IMG/VR virus record: IMGVR_UViG_3300020048_000017 | Span: 32,001-96,000 of that record | Direction: 5' to 3' (one strand) | DNA length: 64,000 bases | Source: a virus | In this document: positions 36,997 to 46,589 of the stretch, in pieces | How the letters are laid out: each line of letters begins with the position of its first letter | How positions within the stretch are numbered: position 1 is the stretch's first letter | The notes under the pieces: generated by a model | What the model was told of the DNA's origin: nothing | Database searches by the model: none | The model's input: only the letters and a program-made list of their open reading frames with translations | Made by a program: the position numbers and the translations under genes

Positions 36997-38089
36997 ATTT
37001 TATATATTTGATTTTAGATTTTTCGTCTAGGTATTTTTTATCCAAGATGCTGAAAGCGAGACCTCTGTAAGTTGAGTCGATTCTGTCCTGAATCCATAGG
37101 GCTTGAGTCTTTCGATCCTCCCCATAAATTTCAAGCAGCTCCGTCTCTAACTTGCTAACAAGGTGGTTCACCCGCTCCCAAGCTTCGTGGACTTTTTCCA
37201 AATCCTCTTTACACCGCTCTGCAACCTCAAAGCTGATAGTCGTCTCGATCAAGGTATAAGCCTCTTTTAAGGGAGGGGTTCCCGCAGATACGTAGAAATC
37301 TACCACATGCTTTATAGAAGCTAGTTCGGATTTGAGTCTATGGATTCTAAGGTAATCATCAGCCTTGATCTTTAAAAGAGACTGCCCCTTTTGAGAATAA
37401 GTTACGACACCTTCTTTTCCCACCCACAGGGTAACGTCATCGATCATTTTTTTGATTGAATCAAAATGAAACCTTTCGGGGCGAGATAAACCTTTTTCTT
37501 CTGCAAACTTGTCAAGCTCAGATTGAGTCCACAAAGAATAATCCTCATGATTTACTGCTCCGATTAAGACAAGATTTAACTTATCGTGTTTTATCACGAT
37601 TTGGTTGACAGTAGACTCCCATTCAAAAAGGAGAGAATACGGGCAAGTATCTCCTTCCAGTTCAAAAGCCGAAGGAAATTGTTTTTTTAGTTCTTGGATT
37701 TCGAATCCGTTTTCCAAGTCCTCCGCATTAGAGGTTCCTCTAGTCCGATGAATTAATTCACCTTTATATTTAGAAACAATAAGCAGTGAGCCGTCTCTTT
37801 TTTCAAGAACCTCTATCCCGCCGTTAGCCTTAGTGCTGAACGGAATATAAGTTAGATCCGGAGATTCCCCCCAGTTGAAAAACTTGGGAAACCCCAATGA
37901 AACCGGAGAGAGATCTTCCTTGCGGAAGATAACGCTCCGTAAACAAAGGTTGTGTTTGTTCCAGATAGCCCCAGCTTTTTTAGGGGTGACTAGAACGCAC
38001 TCCTCACCAGCTATAAGGATTGTCTTTTGGGAGAACCCCTCCAGATCCGAATGAAGTAAACTTTCTTTGATTTGGTTCTGGAATTTCAT
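36980..38089 (-). CDS. T4 Rnl1-like RNA ligase (start MKFQN)
   Basis: KFFNWGE, motif I EKRDGSL, LFE, EGVV, KIK...Y. Confidence 0.85.
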   Translation of the reverse strand: MKFQNQIKESLLHSDLEGFSQKTILIAGEECVLVTPKKAGAIWNKHNLCLRSVIFRKEDLSPVSLGFPKFFNWGESPDLTYIPFSTKANGGIEVLEKRDGSLLIVSKYKGELIHRTRGTSNAEDLENGFEIQELKKQFPSAFELEGDTCPYSLLFEWESTVNQIVIKHDKLNLVLIGAVNHEDYSLWTQSELDKFAEEKGLSRPERFHFDSIKKMIDDVTLWVGKEGVVTYSQKGQSLLKIKADDYLRIHRLKSELASIKHVVDFYVSAGTPPLKEAYTLIETTISFEVAERCKEDLEKVHEAWERVNHLVSKLETELLEIYGEDRKTQALWIQDRIDSTYRGLAFSILDKKYLDEKSKIKYIKYELSL

Positions 38090-38789
38090 TTTGGAGAGGT
38101 TTGAAAAGATCTTGCAAAGCAAATGTTCCGGCAAAAAGATCTACGAGATCAAAAAGGGAGTTCGCGAAGGCAAGGTCTTCTTTTGAAAGTTTTGAAAGTT
38201 CTTTATTGAGTTGGTCTCTAACGCTAAGAGCTAATTCACAACTCTCTTTTAATTGTTTCTCCCTATCTACTGGGATTTTCTCTCCGTTAATGTATACGAC
38301 TACTCTATCATTGATTTCCTCTTTGTCAAGCTCTAATTTCTTAAGAGCCCTATCTAGTGCAATTTGCACCCCGATTTTTTTGACGTAAGTGTCCTCTTTT
38401 GAGCATCGGGCTTTACCTGTAGCAGTCCTGCCGTTGGGTGTTGTGATGCAAACTTCCGTGCGACCACCCTTAGGGAGTTCTGGAAAGATGAGTCTTTCGT
38501 CTCGTCGTCGCTTGTGGTAAACGCCAACTTTGTAACCGCTTTTTCTTAGTGTTTCTACTGTGTCTTTCATTTTATTACTTTCTTCAAATCTCCCGACCGG
38601 AAACATCTCATTGCCGATTAGAATTAGTTTTTCTCCTGTTTTTACATCAAGTCTGGCGTATTCTTGTTTTAGCCATTCTTTAGGAGTCTCGTTCCATTCT
38701 TCGATGGGAAGATATTCATCCTCTTCCTGTTCCTTTTTCATGTTCTGGAATGGTCGCATCGTGAACCATGTTTGATAGCTTATCACCAC
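38004..38789 (-). CDS. Hypothetical phage protein (start uncertain)
   Basis: KGGRT...G.ARCS..D.Y.KKIG..IAL.RA motif. Confidence 0.6.
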   Translation of the reverse strand: MVISYQTWFTMRPFQNMKKEQEEDEYLPIEEWNETPKEWLKQEYARLDVKTGEKLILIGNEMFPVGRFEESNKMKDTVETLRKSGYKVGVYHKRRRDERLIFPELPKGGRTEVCITTPNGRTATGKARCSKEDTYVKKIGVQIALDRALKKLELDKEEINDRVVVYINGEKIPVDREKQLKESCELALSVRDQLNKELSKLSKEDLAFANSLFDLVDLFAGTFALQDLFKPLQNEIPEPNQRKFTSFGSGGVLPKDNPYSW

Positions 38790-38941
38790 AAATCCAAAAT
38801 GTCAACCAGTAAATTACTTCGGATAGCGGATGGGCGATTAAATTATGCACGGGCCAATTTTTATACAATTTCTTCATCTCTAAGTTTGTTTTATCTAAAT
38901 TTCGTTTTTTGTTTAGACACCTCTAATATCGTTTGCAATTC

Positions 38942-38955
38942 GTGTATATACTTGT
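38942..38955 (+). promoter_or_regulatory. Putative late-promoter motif (homing endonuclease)
   Basis: GTGTA-TATACTTGT-ATG (N9). Confidence 0.6.
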
Positions 38956-39633
38956 ATGCCCTTTAACCTTTCCTCCGCAGAAAATTTCCACAATCTAAAA
39001 TATGATTACTCAAAAGTTGATTATAAAAATGTAGATACAAAGGTTTTGATTATTTGCCCAGATCACGGAGAGTTCTTACAAACTCCTTACAAACATATTA
39101 ATATGGGTCAGGGCTGTCCTAAGTGTAAAGGCGTGAAACTCTCTAAAGACCGCAGGTTCTCTAAAGAGCAATTTGAAATTTCTGCCAGAGAAATTCATGG
39201 ATCTAAATACAATTATGAGAAGGTTCTGTATAAGAATATGCACACCAATATAGAAATTTTATGTCCCCAACATGGGGAGTTTTTTCAAAAGCCTTCGAAT
39301 CATATCTTTGATAAAAACGGTTGCCCGAAGTGTGGTTACAATGTCTCAAAATCTGAAGATTTGTGGCTTGATAGCCTTGGAATCTCAAAAGAGTTTCGTC
39401 AAAAAACTATTAAAATTCAAGATAAACGATTTAAAACCGACGCATACACCCCTTATAACAACACTGTTTATGAGTTCTTTGGATTTTTCTGGCATGGTCA
39501 TCCAGACTATTTTAACCCCGAAGACATGAACCCTCGCAATAAACAAAAGTTTGGAGATTTATATAAAGCTACTCTGAATAAAATCTCCGCCATTGAAAAT
39601 GCGGGGTTTAATCTAGTTTTTACTTGGGGTTAA
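38956..39633 (+). CDS. Free-standing homing endonuclease (zinc-finger repeats plus Vsr/DUF559-like nuclease)
   Basis: Two CP.HGEF.Q.P..H....GCPKC repeats; DAY...YEFFG.FWHG; opposite strand, converging on nadV. Confidence 0.8.
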   Translation: MPFNLSSAENFHNLKYDYSKVDYKNVDTKVLIICPDHGEFLQTPYKHINMGQGCPKCKGVKLSKDRRFSKEQFEISAREIHGSKYNYEKVLYKNMHTNIEILCPQHGEFFQKPSNHIFDKNGCPKCGYNVSKSEDLWLDSLGISKEFRQKTIKIQDKRFKTDAYTPYNNTVYEFFGFFWHGHPDYFNPEDMNPRNKQKFGDLYKATLNKISAIENAGFNLVFTWG

Positions 39634-41120
39634 ACATATTGAGCAAGGTTGTCTCTAACTTCTTGAAGTGTCCAATCTTTAATTAACTTGCCGTCTCGAA
39701 AGACGGTTTTGAGTTCGCCACCTTGTTCTTGTTCTTTAGTAACTTGATCAGTCAGCACATATTCCCCATCAACAAGATCAACTCTTAGAAGACCTTTGGC
39801 GGATTTTTTCATACCCGTATCGGTAATTGGATCTTTAAAGATCTCCCTGAATTCTCCATTAACGCTACAGGCGGTGGCTTTCGCGGCCCACGAAAGGGTA
39901 TCGCGAGTTACGTTGAACATGTATGCCCCACTGCCTATGCCGCAAAAACAACAATTCGAAGCAAACCCCATTTCCTTTAACCTCGCGAAGATTTTATCGG
40001 TGAGTTGGACCGATAGAGCCTCCCCATACAAAAGCCCAATCGTTGGATGAAGCTCCTTGTAACCTTTATCGTTAACGGTTCCTCCAAAAATATCCCATAG
40101 AAGTTGAACACAACCCTTGTGCTCTGGAGTTCCTTCTTTTGCTTCGGGATCGCCGCAAATAATTTCCAAAGGAGTTTTTGGCGAAGAGTCGGGCCTGATA
40201 ACCACCTTCCCGTCTCGCTTAAGAATATCTTCTTTCAGTGCCGGAAGGTATTCGGTTATAACAGTCCAAAGATTCCAAGTGTCGCTCACAAGCGAAAGGA
40301 TACCTGTAGGAAACGTTTCTGTGATCCACTTTTTGTAATTAGCGAATTCGTTCTCTTTGCCCCCTGCGCAAACGCAAGCGTGCTCATTCGCAACAACCCC
40401 CCCGCCGATATATTCTTTTTCGCAGTCAGCATTGTAATAATCTTCCAAGAAATCAATCGCGGGAACGTTGTCAGTTCCGGTAAAACTTAAGAGGTGCCCC
40501 GCCCCCGAAAGACAAGCGTCTTGCATTCCTCCAGATCCCCTTAGTTGGAAATCGTGAAACTGATAATTCACAACCGAAGGATCGACTCCCGTTTCTAAGG
40601 CGTATTTGAGCCCTACGTTTTTGTATCGTCTTGCGATTGTGGCACTAGTCGAAGCTTTCCAAACCGAATTCGAAAGCGCGTCTTCCACATAGTTAACGAG
40701 CCAAAAATAACCTTTAACAGTTTCTTGAAGAGTGAAAAATGGAACTCCTGCGTTAATTTTCGAGCCTTCTGGCAGAGCCTTAATCTCTAATGGCAGATAG
40801 CCTAAATCGTGCAAATCTTCGATATGTTTAGTATCGACGATACCCACCCCCAACGAGGTATCCATTCGTCTTTTATAACGCTTGATAACTACATCCTTAG
40901 GTTTATTGAAAAACTCGTCATTCCAAAGGTCTATAAGAAACCATTTGAGAAAGTATTGAAGGCCAAAAATAACAATCTTATCGTCAAGTCCTTCGATTTT
41001 CGGAAGATACTTTGTAGACCTTGGTGTGAAATTTTCATAAAGCAAATCGGTGCCTTCTTCGTGGAAGGCAATCCTATTAGTCTTATAAAAATCGACGGCG
41101 TGTAGCGGATTTAGTTTCAT
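39630..41120 (-). CDS. nadV: Nicotinamide phosphoribosyltransferase-like protein (Namat/NAMPT)
   Basis: DFYK, HDF..RG, GTD...A, A.EH, SLVSDT, VIRPDS, YGE, KKSAKG. Confidence 0.9.
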   Translation of the reverse strand: MKLNPLHAVDFYKTNRIAFHEEGTDLLYENFTPRSTKYLPKIEGLDDKIVIFGLQYFLKWFLIDLWNDEFFNKPKDVVIKRYKRRMDTSLGVGIVDTKHIEDLHDLGYLPLEIKALPEGSKINAGVPFFTLQETVKGYFWLVNYVEDALSNSVWKASTSATIARRYKNVGLKYALETGVDPSVVNYQFHDFQLRGSGGMQDACLSGAGHLLSFTGTDNVPAIDFLEDYYNADCEKEYIGGGVVANEHACVCAGGKENEFANYKKWITETFPTGILSLVSDTWNLWTVITEYLPALKEDILKRDGKVVIRPDSSPKTPLEIICGDPEAKEGTPEHKGCVQLLWDIFGGTVNDKGYKELHPTIGLLYGEALSVQLTDKIFARLKEMGFASNCCFCGIGSGAYMFNVTRDTLSWAAKATACSVNGEFREIFKDPITDTGMKKSAKGLLRVDLVDGEYVLTDQVTKEQEQGGELKTVFRDGKLIKDWTLQEVRDNLAQYV

Positions 41121-41163
41121 ATTTTTTAAGAATTTTGTATATTGTCGCGTGTAATATTATGGT

Positions 41164-41211
41164 ATGACACAATCAGAAAGATTTGATAAATTTTTAGAAC
41201 GAGCGAGGTAG
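41164..41211 (+). pseudogene. Possible 5' relic of a homing endonuclease gene
   Basis: MTQSERFDKFLERAR* preceded by GTGTA-N10, antisense, in the prs-nadV spacer. Confidence 0.4.
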
Positions 41212-41228
41212 GGGAGGGTTTGAAGGAT

Positions 41229-42038
41229 TCAAGCGAAAACGTCAACTACTGTGATATTCTCTCGCGATTCAAAGATAGTTTCGAAATCTGCTTGCGAATT
41301 AGTTGTGAAAATGTGATCATAAACAGTGGCTAATGAAGCCAGACCGTTATCAATATCTGTGTGAGCTACCGCTAGGTTGATTTTCTTGGCACCCCTCTCG
41401 GTCAGAGCTTTGTGAAGACCAAAGAACGTCCCCCCTTTAGCGCAAACGTCATCGACCACAAGATAAGTCAGATCTGGATCGAGGTTATCATAAGGCACCT
41501 CAATACTTTTAATTTGACCATTCGTAACGTCGCGGACCTTATTAGCTTGGATCATGTTAAACCCAAACTCTTTAGCCACTCCTAAAGTCCTTTTTGCCGC
41601 CCCTGCATCAGGAGCTACCAGAACGGTCCTTTGCACCATCCGTTCGTGCATTTTAGGGCAAACGGCTTCATTAAAAACATCCTGCAATTCCCTAATAACC
41701 AAATTATCAATAACAGCCCCGATTACGTCGGAATGAGGAACTACGGTGTGAATTTCGTCGAACCCAAGATAATTAATAGCTTGGCCAATTACTTTAGCCG
41801 AAAAAGGCTCTCCGTAGACACATACTCGATCTTGTCGAGCCGAAGGAATATAAGGAATGTTTAGAATAACTTTCCCCCTATAACCTGTATTATACAGGGC
41901 GTTTTTTTGATAAGCGACCTTTATAAAGTCGAACCCTTGCGAATCAATCACAACGGTATCTCCAAAGTGCTCTCCAATCAAACAATGGTAACTACCGTCT
42001 GGGAATCGAAGTTCCTTTTCAATTTTAAGCTTTTGCAT
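41229..42038 (-). CDS. prs: Ribose-phosphate pyrophosphokinase-like protein (Adps-type; start moved to MQKLK)
   Basis: FPDG, PYIPSARQDR, PHSDV, VAPDAGA.KR, VVDDVC..GGTF; promoter at 42044-42071. Confidence 0.85.
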   Translation of the reverse strand: MQKLKIEKELRFPDGSYHCLIGEHFGDTVVIDSQGFDFIKVAYQKNALYNTGYRGKVILNIPYIPSARQDRVCVYGEPFSAKVIGQAINYLGFDEIHTVVPHSDVIGAVIDNLVIRELQDVFNEAVCPKMHERMVQRTVLVAPDAGAAKRTLGVAKEFGFNMIQANKVRDVTNGQIKSIEVPYDNLDPDLTYLVVDDVCAKGGTFFGLHKALTERGAKKINLAVAHTDIDNGLASLATVYDHIFTTNSQADFETIFESRENITVVDVFA

Positions 42039-42043
42039 GTCCG

Positions 42044-42071
42044 AACTTAACACGGTTCGGGGCTTTGTCAA
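42044..42071 (-). promoter_or_regulatory. Sigma70-like promoter of prs-nadV, leaderless
   Basis: TTGACA-N16-TAAGTT-N5-ATG. Confidence 0.75.
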
Positions 42072-42218
42072 GCGGTTAAAACACTTTTTTATCGTCTTTT
42101 CTTTCGTCTTCTACCGAGGTCTCTCGGACTTTAAGTAATCTATGCTGGGTAACATATTCGCAATGCCGACACTTGAACGTTTTCCGTTCAGAATATCTCT
42201 CCAACACGGTTCCTAGTC

Positions 42219-43457
42219 TCATGAAAGAATTTCTACACCTTTGTCAAACAATTCGGTTTCAGTAAGTAGGAATCTGCTGGATTTAAATTTATAAGCCTTA
42301 AATTCAAGACCTTCCTTTCTAACAACTACCCCTTCTTCTGGGACTGCGTTTTTACACATGAAACAATCCTTCTCATTGAATTCTTCTTTCATTTTTAGAA
42401 CCCAATCTTTTCTCCAGTCGTCTTGAGTAATATCCACGCCTCTGAGAATACAGTAATCTCGAACTAAGCCACTGTAAAATACCTTTGGCATTTCTAGCCC
42501 GTTTTTCAGGCAGAATTCTGCAATCTGAGGAGTCGAGAATTCAATAGTTCTGCCTTCTGGAGAAGTGTAGGTAATTCTGTAAACCAGAATCTTATTAAAT
42601 GGCCCTCCCACAGCATTCGGATCACAACCATAGTCGTAACCACTTTGAATAATTCCACCAGTGACATTGTAACCAACAATCTCTCCATAAATAGCGAGAC
42701 CGTTATAAAGCACCGGATCTAGAGTTTTGGTAGCCTCTACCCAAAGATCGTATTTTTTACAATCCATTCTTTTGATAGTATTACGACTAGACGAAACGAG
42801 TTCGTATTTTGGCGACAAATTGAATTTCCAGAACTTTCTATTTTTCAAGACTCTTCTAGAAGTAAACGAAGTCCCATGAACTTTGTAAGAGATCGAAATA
42901 ATGTCATCCAAATTAAACTCTCTCATATTTCTAACAAGATGAGAAGTGTCTTTATGGAATGAGAATTGTCCTTCTGGAAAAGCGTAGATAGACATAGCTT
43001 TACTACCTCCTACCGGACCTCCGCTATTGTTGGTTTTGGGCACGTATTTTTCGCAGACTTCTTCACCATCAATCAAATTAAAAGTGTCGCCCTCTTTGAG
43101 TTTCGAAGGGTCGCAGAATCCGCTAAGAGAACTCAGAGGCATGATAAGACCTTCTGACAATTCACCTCTCAGTCTCATGGCTTTAACCCGTCCGCTCTTC
43201 TCGAAGAATCCAACTTTCTCTTTATTGTTATTCATTTCCGAGTCTTTGTAAATAGAATTCTCACTAAGAAACTTGTGGGAAATCTTACACTCGACAGGAA
43301 AATAAACCATGAGTCCTTCTTGGGCGCTAAGATCAGTGATCACGTTATTGAAGTTTACACTCCAACAAAGTAGTTTATCCGCGTTGTTATGTTTGCGAGG
43401 ATTTTTTGTCCTTACAATGACTGCTGAGTAATTCTCGTTTGTAATTTTTAGCTTCAT
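42219..43457 (-). CDS. RNA ligase (Rnl2/DRB0094-like)
   Basis: H.NAD.L N-terminal domain, KVHGTS motif I, IYGE, EGVV, K.KS..FL. Confidence 0.8.
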   Translation of the reverse strand: MKLKITNENYSAVIVRTKNPRKHNNADKLLCWSVNFNNVITDLSAQEGLMVYFPVECKISHKFLSENSIYKDSEMNNNKEKVGFFEKSGRVKAMRLRGELSEGLIMPLSSLSGFCDPSKLKEGDTFNLIDGEEVCEKYVPKTNNSGGPVGGSKAMSIYAFPEGQFSFHKDTSHLVRNMREFNLDDIISISYKVHGTSFTSRRVLKNRKFWKFNLSPKYELVSSSRNTIKRMDCKKYDLWVEATKTLDPVLYNGLAIYGEIVGYNVTGGIIQSGYDYGCDPNAVGGPFNKILVYRITYTSPEGRTIEFSTPQIAEFCLKNGLEMPKVFYSGLVRDYCILRGVDITQDDWRKDWVLKMKEEFNEKDCFMCKNAVPEEGVVVRKEGLEFKAYKFKSSRFLLTETELFDKGVEILS

Positions 43458-43963
43458 TTTTGTGCGTCTACGACGATACTTTCTATTTCGTTAAATTCGT
43501 GCCCAATTACTTTGTGATGATTATCAATGCCTCTTAATTCTGGGAAATTGGATTGCCCCGTTTTCTGTATAGTTACCGTGAACCCAAGACTTCCCAGCAC
43601 TGCTTCTAGGATCTCTTCGCTATACCAAGTTTGGTGTCCGTGTTGTAGGGTAATAGCCTCCACTCCTTCTTTGCCCCATCCACTTTGTTGAACGAAGCTT
43701 CTGTAACTATCGTTTTGGTTTTTGAAAATCTGGACTACTGATGGAACGGCGACCCTTAAAACTCCACCCTTTTTTAAAATTCTTCTAGCCTCCTCGAAGA
43801 ACCTGTAAGCCTCTTGGATACCTACGTGTTCTACGCAATGTTCGATAAATAGAAAGTCTGTGGATTCGTCCCTCCAAGGGAGCCTCTTTGTAATGTCTAC
43901 GTCGGCATCATGGTTCGTCCACCCGCCTAAGAAGTTTGTGCCGCAGCCTAGTTGAATTTTCAT
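43454..43963 (-). CDS. Class I SAM-dependent methyltransferase
   Basis: LGCG, D..KRLPW, EHCVEH, RILKKGG.LRVAVP. Confidence 0.8.
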   Translation of the reverse strand: MKIQLGCGTNFLGGWTNHDADVDITKRLPWRDESTDFLFIEHCVEHVGIQEAYRFFEEARRILKKGGVLRVAVPSVVQIFKNQNDSYRSFVQQSGWGKEGVEAITLQHGHQTWYSEEILEAVLGSLGFTVTIQKTGQSNFPELRGIDNHHKVIGHEFNEIESIVVDAQK

Positions 43964-44640
43964 TCTGTAAAATTAACAATCAAGACTTCTTCTTCTGTAA
44001 GTTTTTGAATATAGAAGGCCTCTCCGCTTTCTAATGACCTTTTCAAATTTTGGGGCTTTGATCTCCCATAACCCATTTTAGTAAAAGCGAACCTATTCGA
44101 AAATGATTGATTAAGAATAGAGGCGAATTTACTTTCGGGCCTGATGTAACCTCTTCCCGCGTCATTCCCTCCGAAGTGAGTATAAGCGTTTACGAAATCC
44201 AAAATCGCAGAATGTCTAACTAAGAAAAGACTTTGCTCTAAGGCCTGTCCATCTGCGTGAACTGACTGTCCTACAACGATCTCTTTGGCGTGAGAGTAAA
44301 GTTCATCGACCCAATCTCCGAAGGCGAGGCAGTCTTGCTCTTTATAAATAAAGTCTGTATTATTTGAATAAGCTAAGTAAGCGCCCGTTATAAACGACAT
44401 GCTCCAGCCGCAAAATTTCTTATTTGGATAGTCGTTTACATCCAGATCGTGAACGTGACCTAGATTATAAGACAGGTCAATCCATTTGCCCCATTTTTCC
44501 TCTGGACAAAAATCGGAATTAACATTGATTACAAAAATGTCTTTCGGTTCGCTGAACTTATGAGTATTCTTCCACCAAGTTTCGAAAAACTTAGCCCGAG
44601 CGGTGTCGGGTCCGTAATAACCTGTTGCGATAGTATACAT
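43960..44640 (-). CDS. Putative GT-A-fold glycosyltransferase
   Basis: FIYKEQDCL (DxD-like) after an alpha/beta N-terminus; next to the methyltransferase. Confidence 0.45.
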   Translation of the reverse strand: MYTIATGYYGPDTARAKFFETWWKNTHKFSEPKDIFVINVNSDFCPEEKWGKWIDLSYNLGHVHDLDVNDYPNKKFCGWSMSFITGAYLAYSNNTDFIYKEQDCLAFGDWVDELYSHAKEIVVGQSVHADGQALEQSLFLVRHSAILDFVNAYTHFGGNDAGRGYIRPESKFASILNQSFSNRFAFTKMGYGRSKPQNLKRSLESGEAFYIQKLTEEEVLIVNFTE

Positions 44641-45158
44641 TAGTGTCCGTTGTTAATTTTATACTTTCTATTTAGAAAGTCTGTAAATTGTTGTTCGTCT
44701 TGTTCTCTAACGCAAAACCTAATTTTCGTAGGCTCGTCCTCAAAATATTTGTAAAATAAATCCCACATAACTGAAAAATCCCCACCTCCAATTCCACAAC
44801 CTATAAACGCTGGAACTTTAATTACAGCACCTTCGTAACCAGCGAATTTAAAGTCTTCACTTAGGTTTTCAAGAATTTCTTCCCAAGCTTCGTAATCAGT
44901 ATCGTGTTTCAAAAACAAACTTCCGATTGAATACTGACCGTAAGCATTGATTACAGATACGTCTCCACAATCGACAATTTCGTAAGTTCCAAGTTTATTC
45001 TCGTTCCCCCACTCTGTGGCTAAGTCGGCAGCAGCCGCTTTAGGAAAGCGTCTAGCCATCTCGGCAGAGAGCCCGCCGTGAACATGAAAACAGTTTTTCT
45101 GCTCCATGATAAAATCTCCCTCTACGTCAAAGAGGTCTCCGTAAACATACTCGATCAT
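44640..45158 (-). CDS. Macrodomain (ADP-ribosyl hydrolase-like) protein
   Basis: GDLF, QKNCF...GGL...A, NAYGQY, PAFIGCGIGGGDF. Confidence 0.85.
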   Translation of the reverse strand: MIEYVYGDLFDVEGDFIMEQKNCFHVHGGLSAEMARRFPKAAAADLATEWGNENKLGTYEIVDCGDVSVINAYGQYSIGSLFLKHDTDYEAWEEILENLSEDFKFAGYEGAVIKVPAFIGCGIGGGDFSVMWDLFYKYFEDEPTKIRFCVREQDEQQFTDFLNRKYKINNGH

Positions 45159-45163
45159 GAGGG

Positions 45164-45191
45164 ATTATAACCCTCTTTGAGAGCTTGTCAA
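45164..45191 (-). promoter_or_regulatory. Sigma70-like promoter of the macrodomain operon, leaderless
   Basis: TTGACA-N16-TATAAT-N5-ATG. Confidence 0.85.
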
Positions 45192-45813
45192 GTCTTTTCT
45201 AAGATTTGGACGCTACTTTTTCCGTTATTGATCCCAAATTGGAATAAAATGAAATTTCCATAAGTCACCCAGTTGAACTCAAAGCCATTTTCGTCTCGGC
45301 CCTTTTTGTCGTCAAGCTTCGAAAGAAACCATCCGTCAAATTCTAAGTGGTCTAAAAACCCCTCTTCATCGAATGGAAATTTTCCGAACCTTTTATCTAA
45401 GTCCCAATCTTTAATATCTTGGAAAAACGAAATTTCTTCGAATTCTTCTGTTTTTGCGCCGCTTGTTAATTTAAAACCCGATTCTGTCTCTTTAAGGGTT
45501 TTTTTACTATCTTCAAAAAATAATGATAATGTCATTTTAAAAAATCTTGGAATTGTTTCTTTTCGATATCGAGTTCTTCATGATCTTTACAAAAATTTAA
45601 AGCTTGAATTAATGAGTCTTTTTTAAGATTGAAGTGGGCTCCTGTTTTAAAATTCTTAATAATAAATAAAAAATGGCTTAAATCTAAAAGCCAAGATATC
45701 TCCTGCTTCTTTTCTTTAAAAATATCCCTTAGGGCAACCTGTCTTTCTAGGAACCCATCGATCTTATCGGGATTGGCCGCAAAAGACTTAATTAAAAAAT
45801 CATCAAAATTCAT
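45188..45813 (-). other. Two hypothetical CDS (45188-45535, 45532-45813)
   Basis: Coupled ORFs. Confidence 0.65.
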
Positions 45814-46589
45814 TAAAATGTAATTACGTCGTATATTTCTTCAAACTCCGAAAACTCTACCATATCTAAAATGCCGCCTTTTTCATCGGTTCTCAAAAGT
45901 TTCGCCGCTCCCTCTCCTCTATCTACATTTCTACTTTTACTGAAACCTATTAAGTAGTCGTCTCTTTGTTTATCAAAGCCCCTTAAATATCCAGTTAAGG
46001 AAAATTGCGGTTTTAAATTTTTATAAAGCGTTGAAGTTTTAGATTCGAGGAAGTATAAATCTAGACCTTTGACTTTTAAAGAATGAGGATGTTGAAGGCC
46101 TGTTATAACGGAAGGTCCGTTTAAAATCTCTACGCCGCCATTTGTTGCATCCTTTTTGTTTGATCCACTCTCTCCGAAATTTGAGAAAATTAATTGGTTT
46201 CGGAAAACCTCTATAGAATTTATGTGAAACTTGTCCGTCCCAAATCCTTTTGTGAAAAATAATTCGGTTTTATCAGATGCTAAATTCCCATTTTCGACTT
46301 TAATCCTACCGATTGAATCGTTGTATGTCCCAACTAAATATAAATAACCATCCCATTCTAAAATGGAATGGATATCTCTAAGGCCAGTTCTAAACATATT
46401 TACAACTTCATAATTATCTGAAATTTTGTAAATGTTTATGCCGTCGCTTACTACGAAAAACCCTCCTTTTGTTTTTACTATTCCGGTCGTCGAGATTCCT
46501 AAGTTAACTTTCTCAATAACTTCAAAAGAGTCATTTAAGATTGCTAAAGAATCTTTTCTACCAGCATTACAAAAGGAAACGGCGATCAT
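45813..46589 (-). CDS. Beta-propeller protein (DUF4915-like)
   Basis: Repeats DIHSI, HINSI, GLQHPHS, GYLRG. Confidence 0.55.
   Translation of the reverse strand: MIAVSFCNAGRKDSLAILNDSFEVIEKVNLGISTTGIVKTKGGFFVVSDGINIYKISDNYEVVNMFRTGLRDIHSILEWDGYLYLVGTYNDSIGRIKVENGNLASDKTELFFTKGFGTDKFHINSIEVFRNQLIFSNFGESGSNKKDATNGGVEILNGPSVITGLQHPHSLKVKGLDLYFLESKTSTLYKNLKPQFSLTGYLRGFDKQRDDYLIGFSKSRNVDRGEGAAKLLRTDEKGGILDMVEFSEFEEIYDVITF

Noticed and set aside
38772-38966. Minus-strand 64-aa ORF
   Set aside because: It lies in the divergent promoter region, has no recognisable features and overlaps regulatory motifs
14989-42071. Longer ORF-track starts for SpoU (15006), 17007, rIIA (21303), K+ channel (32190) and prs (42071)
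   Set aside because: These extensions run through the promoter itself; the downstream ATG 5-6 nt after the -10 box is preferred
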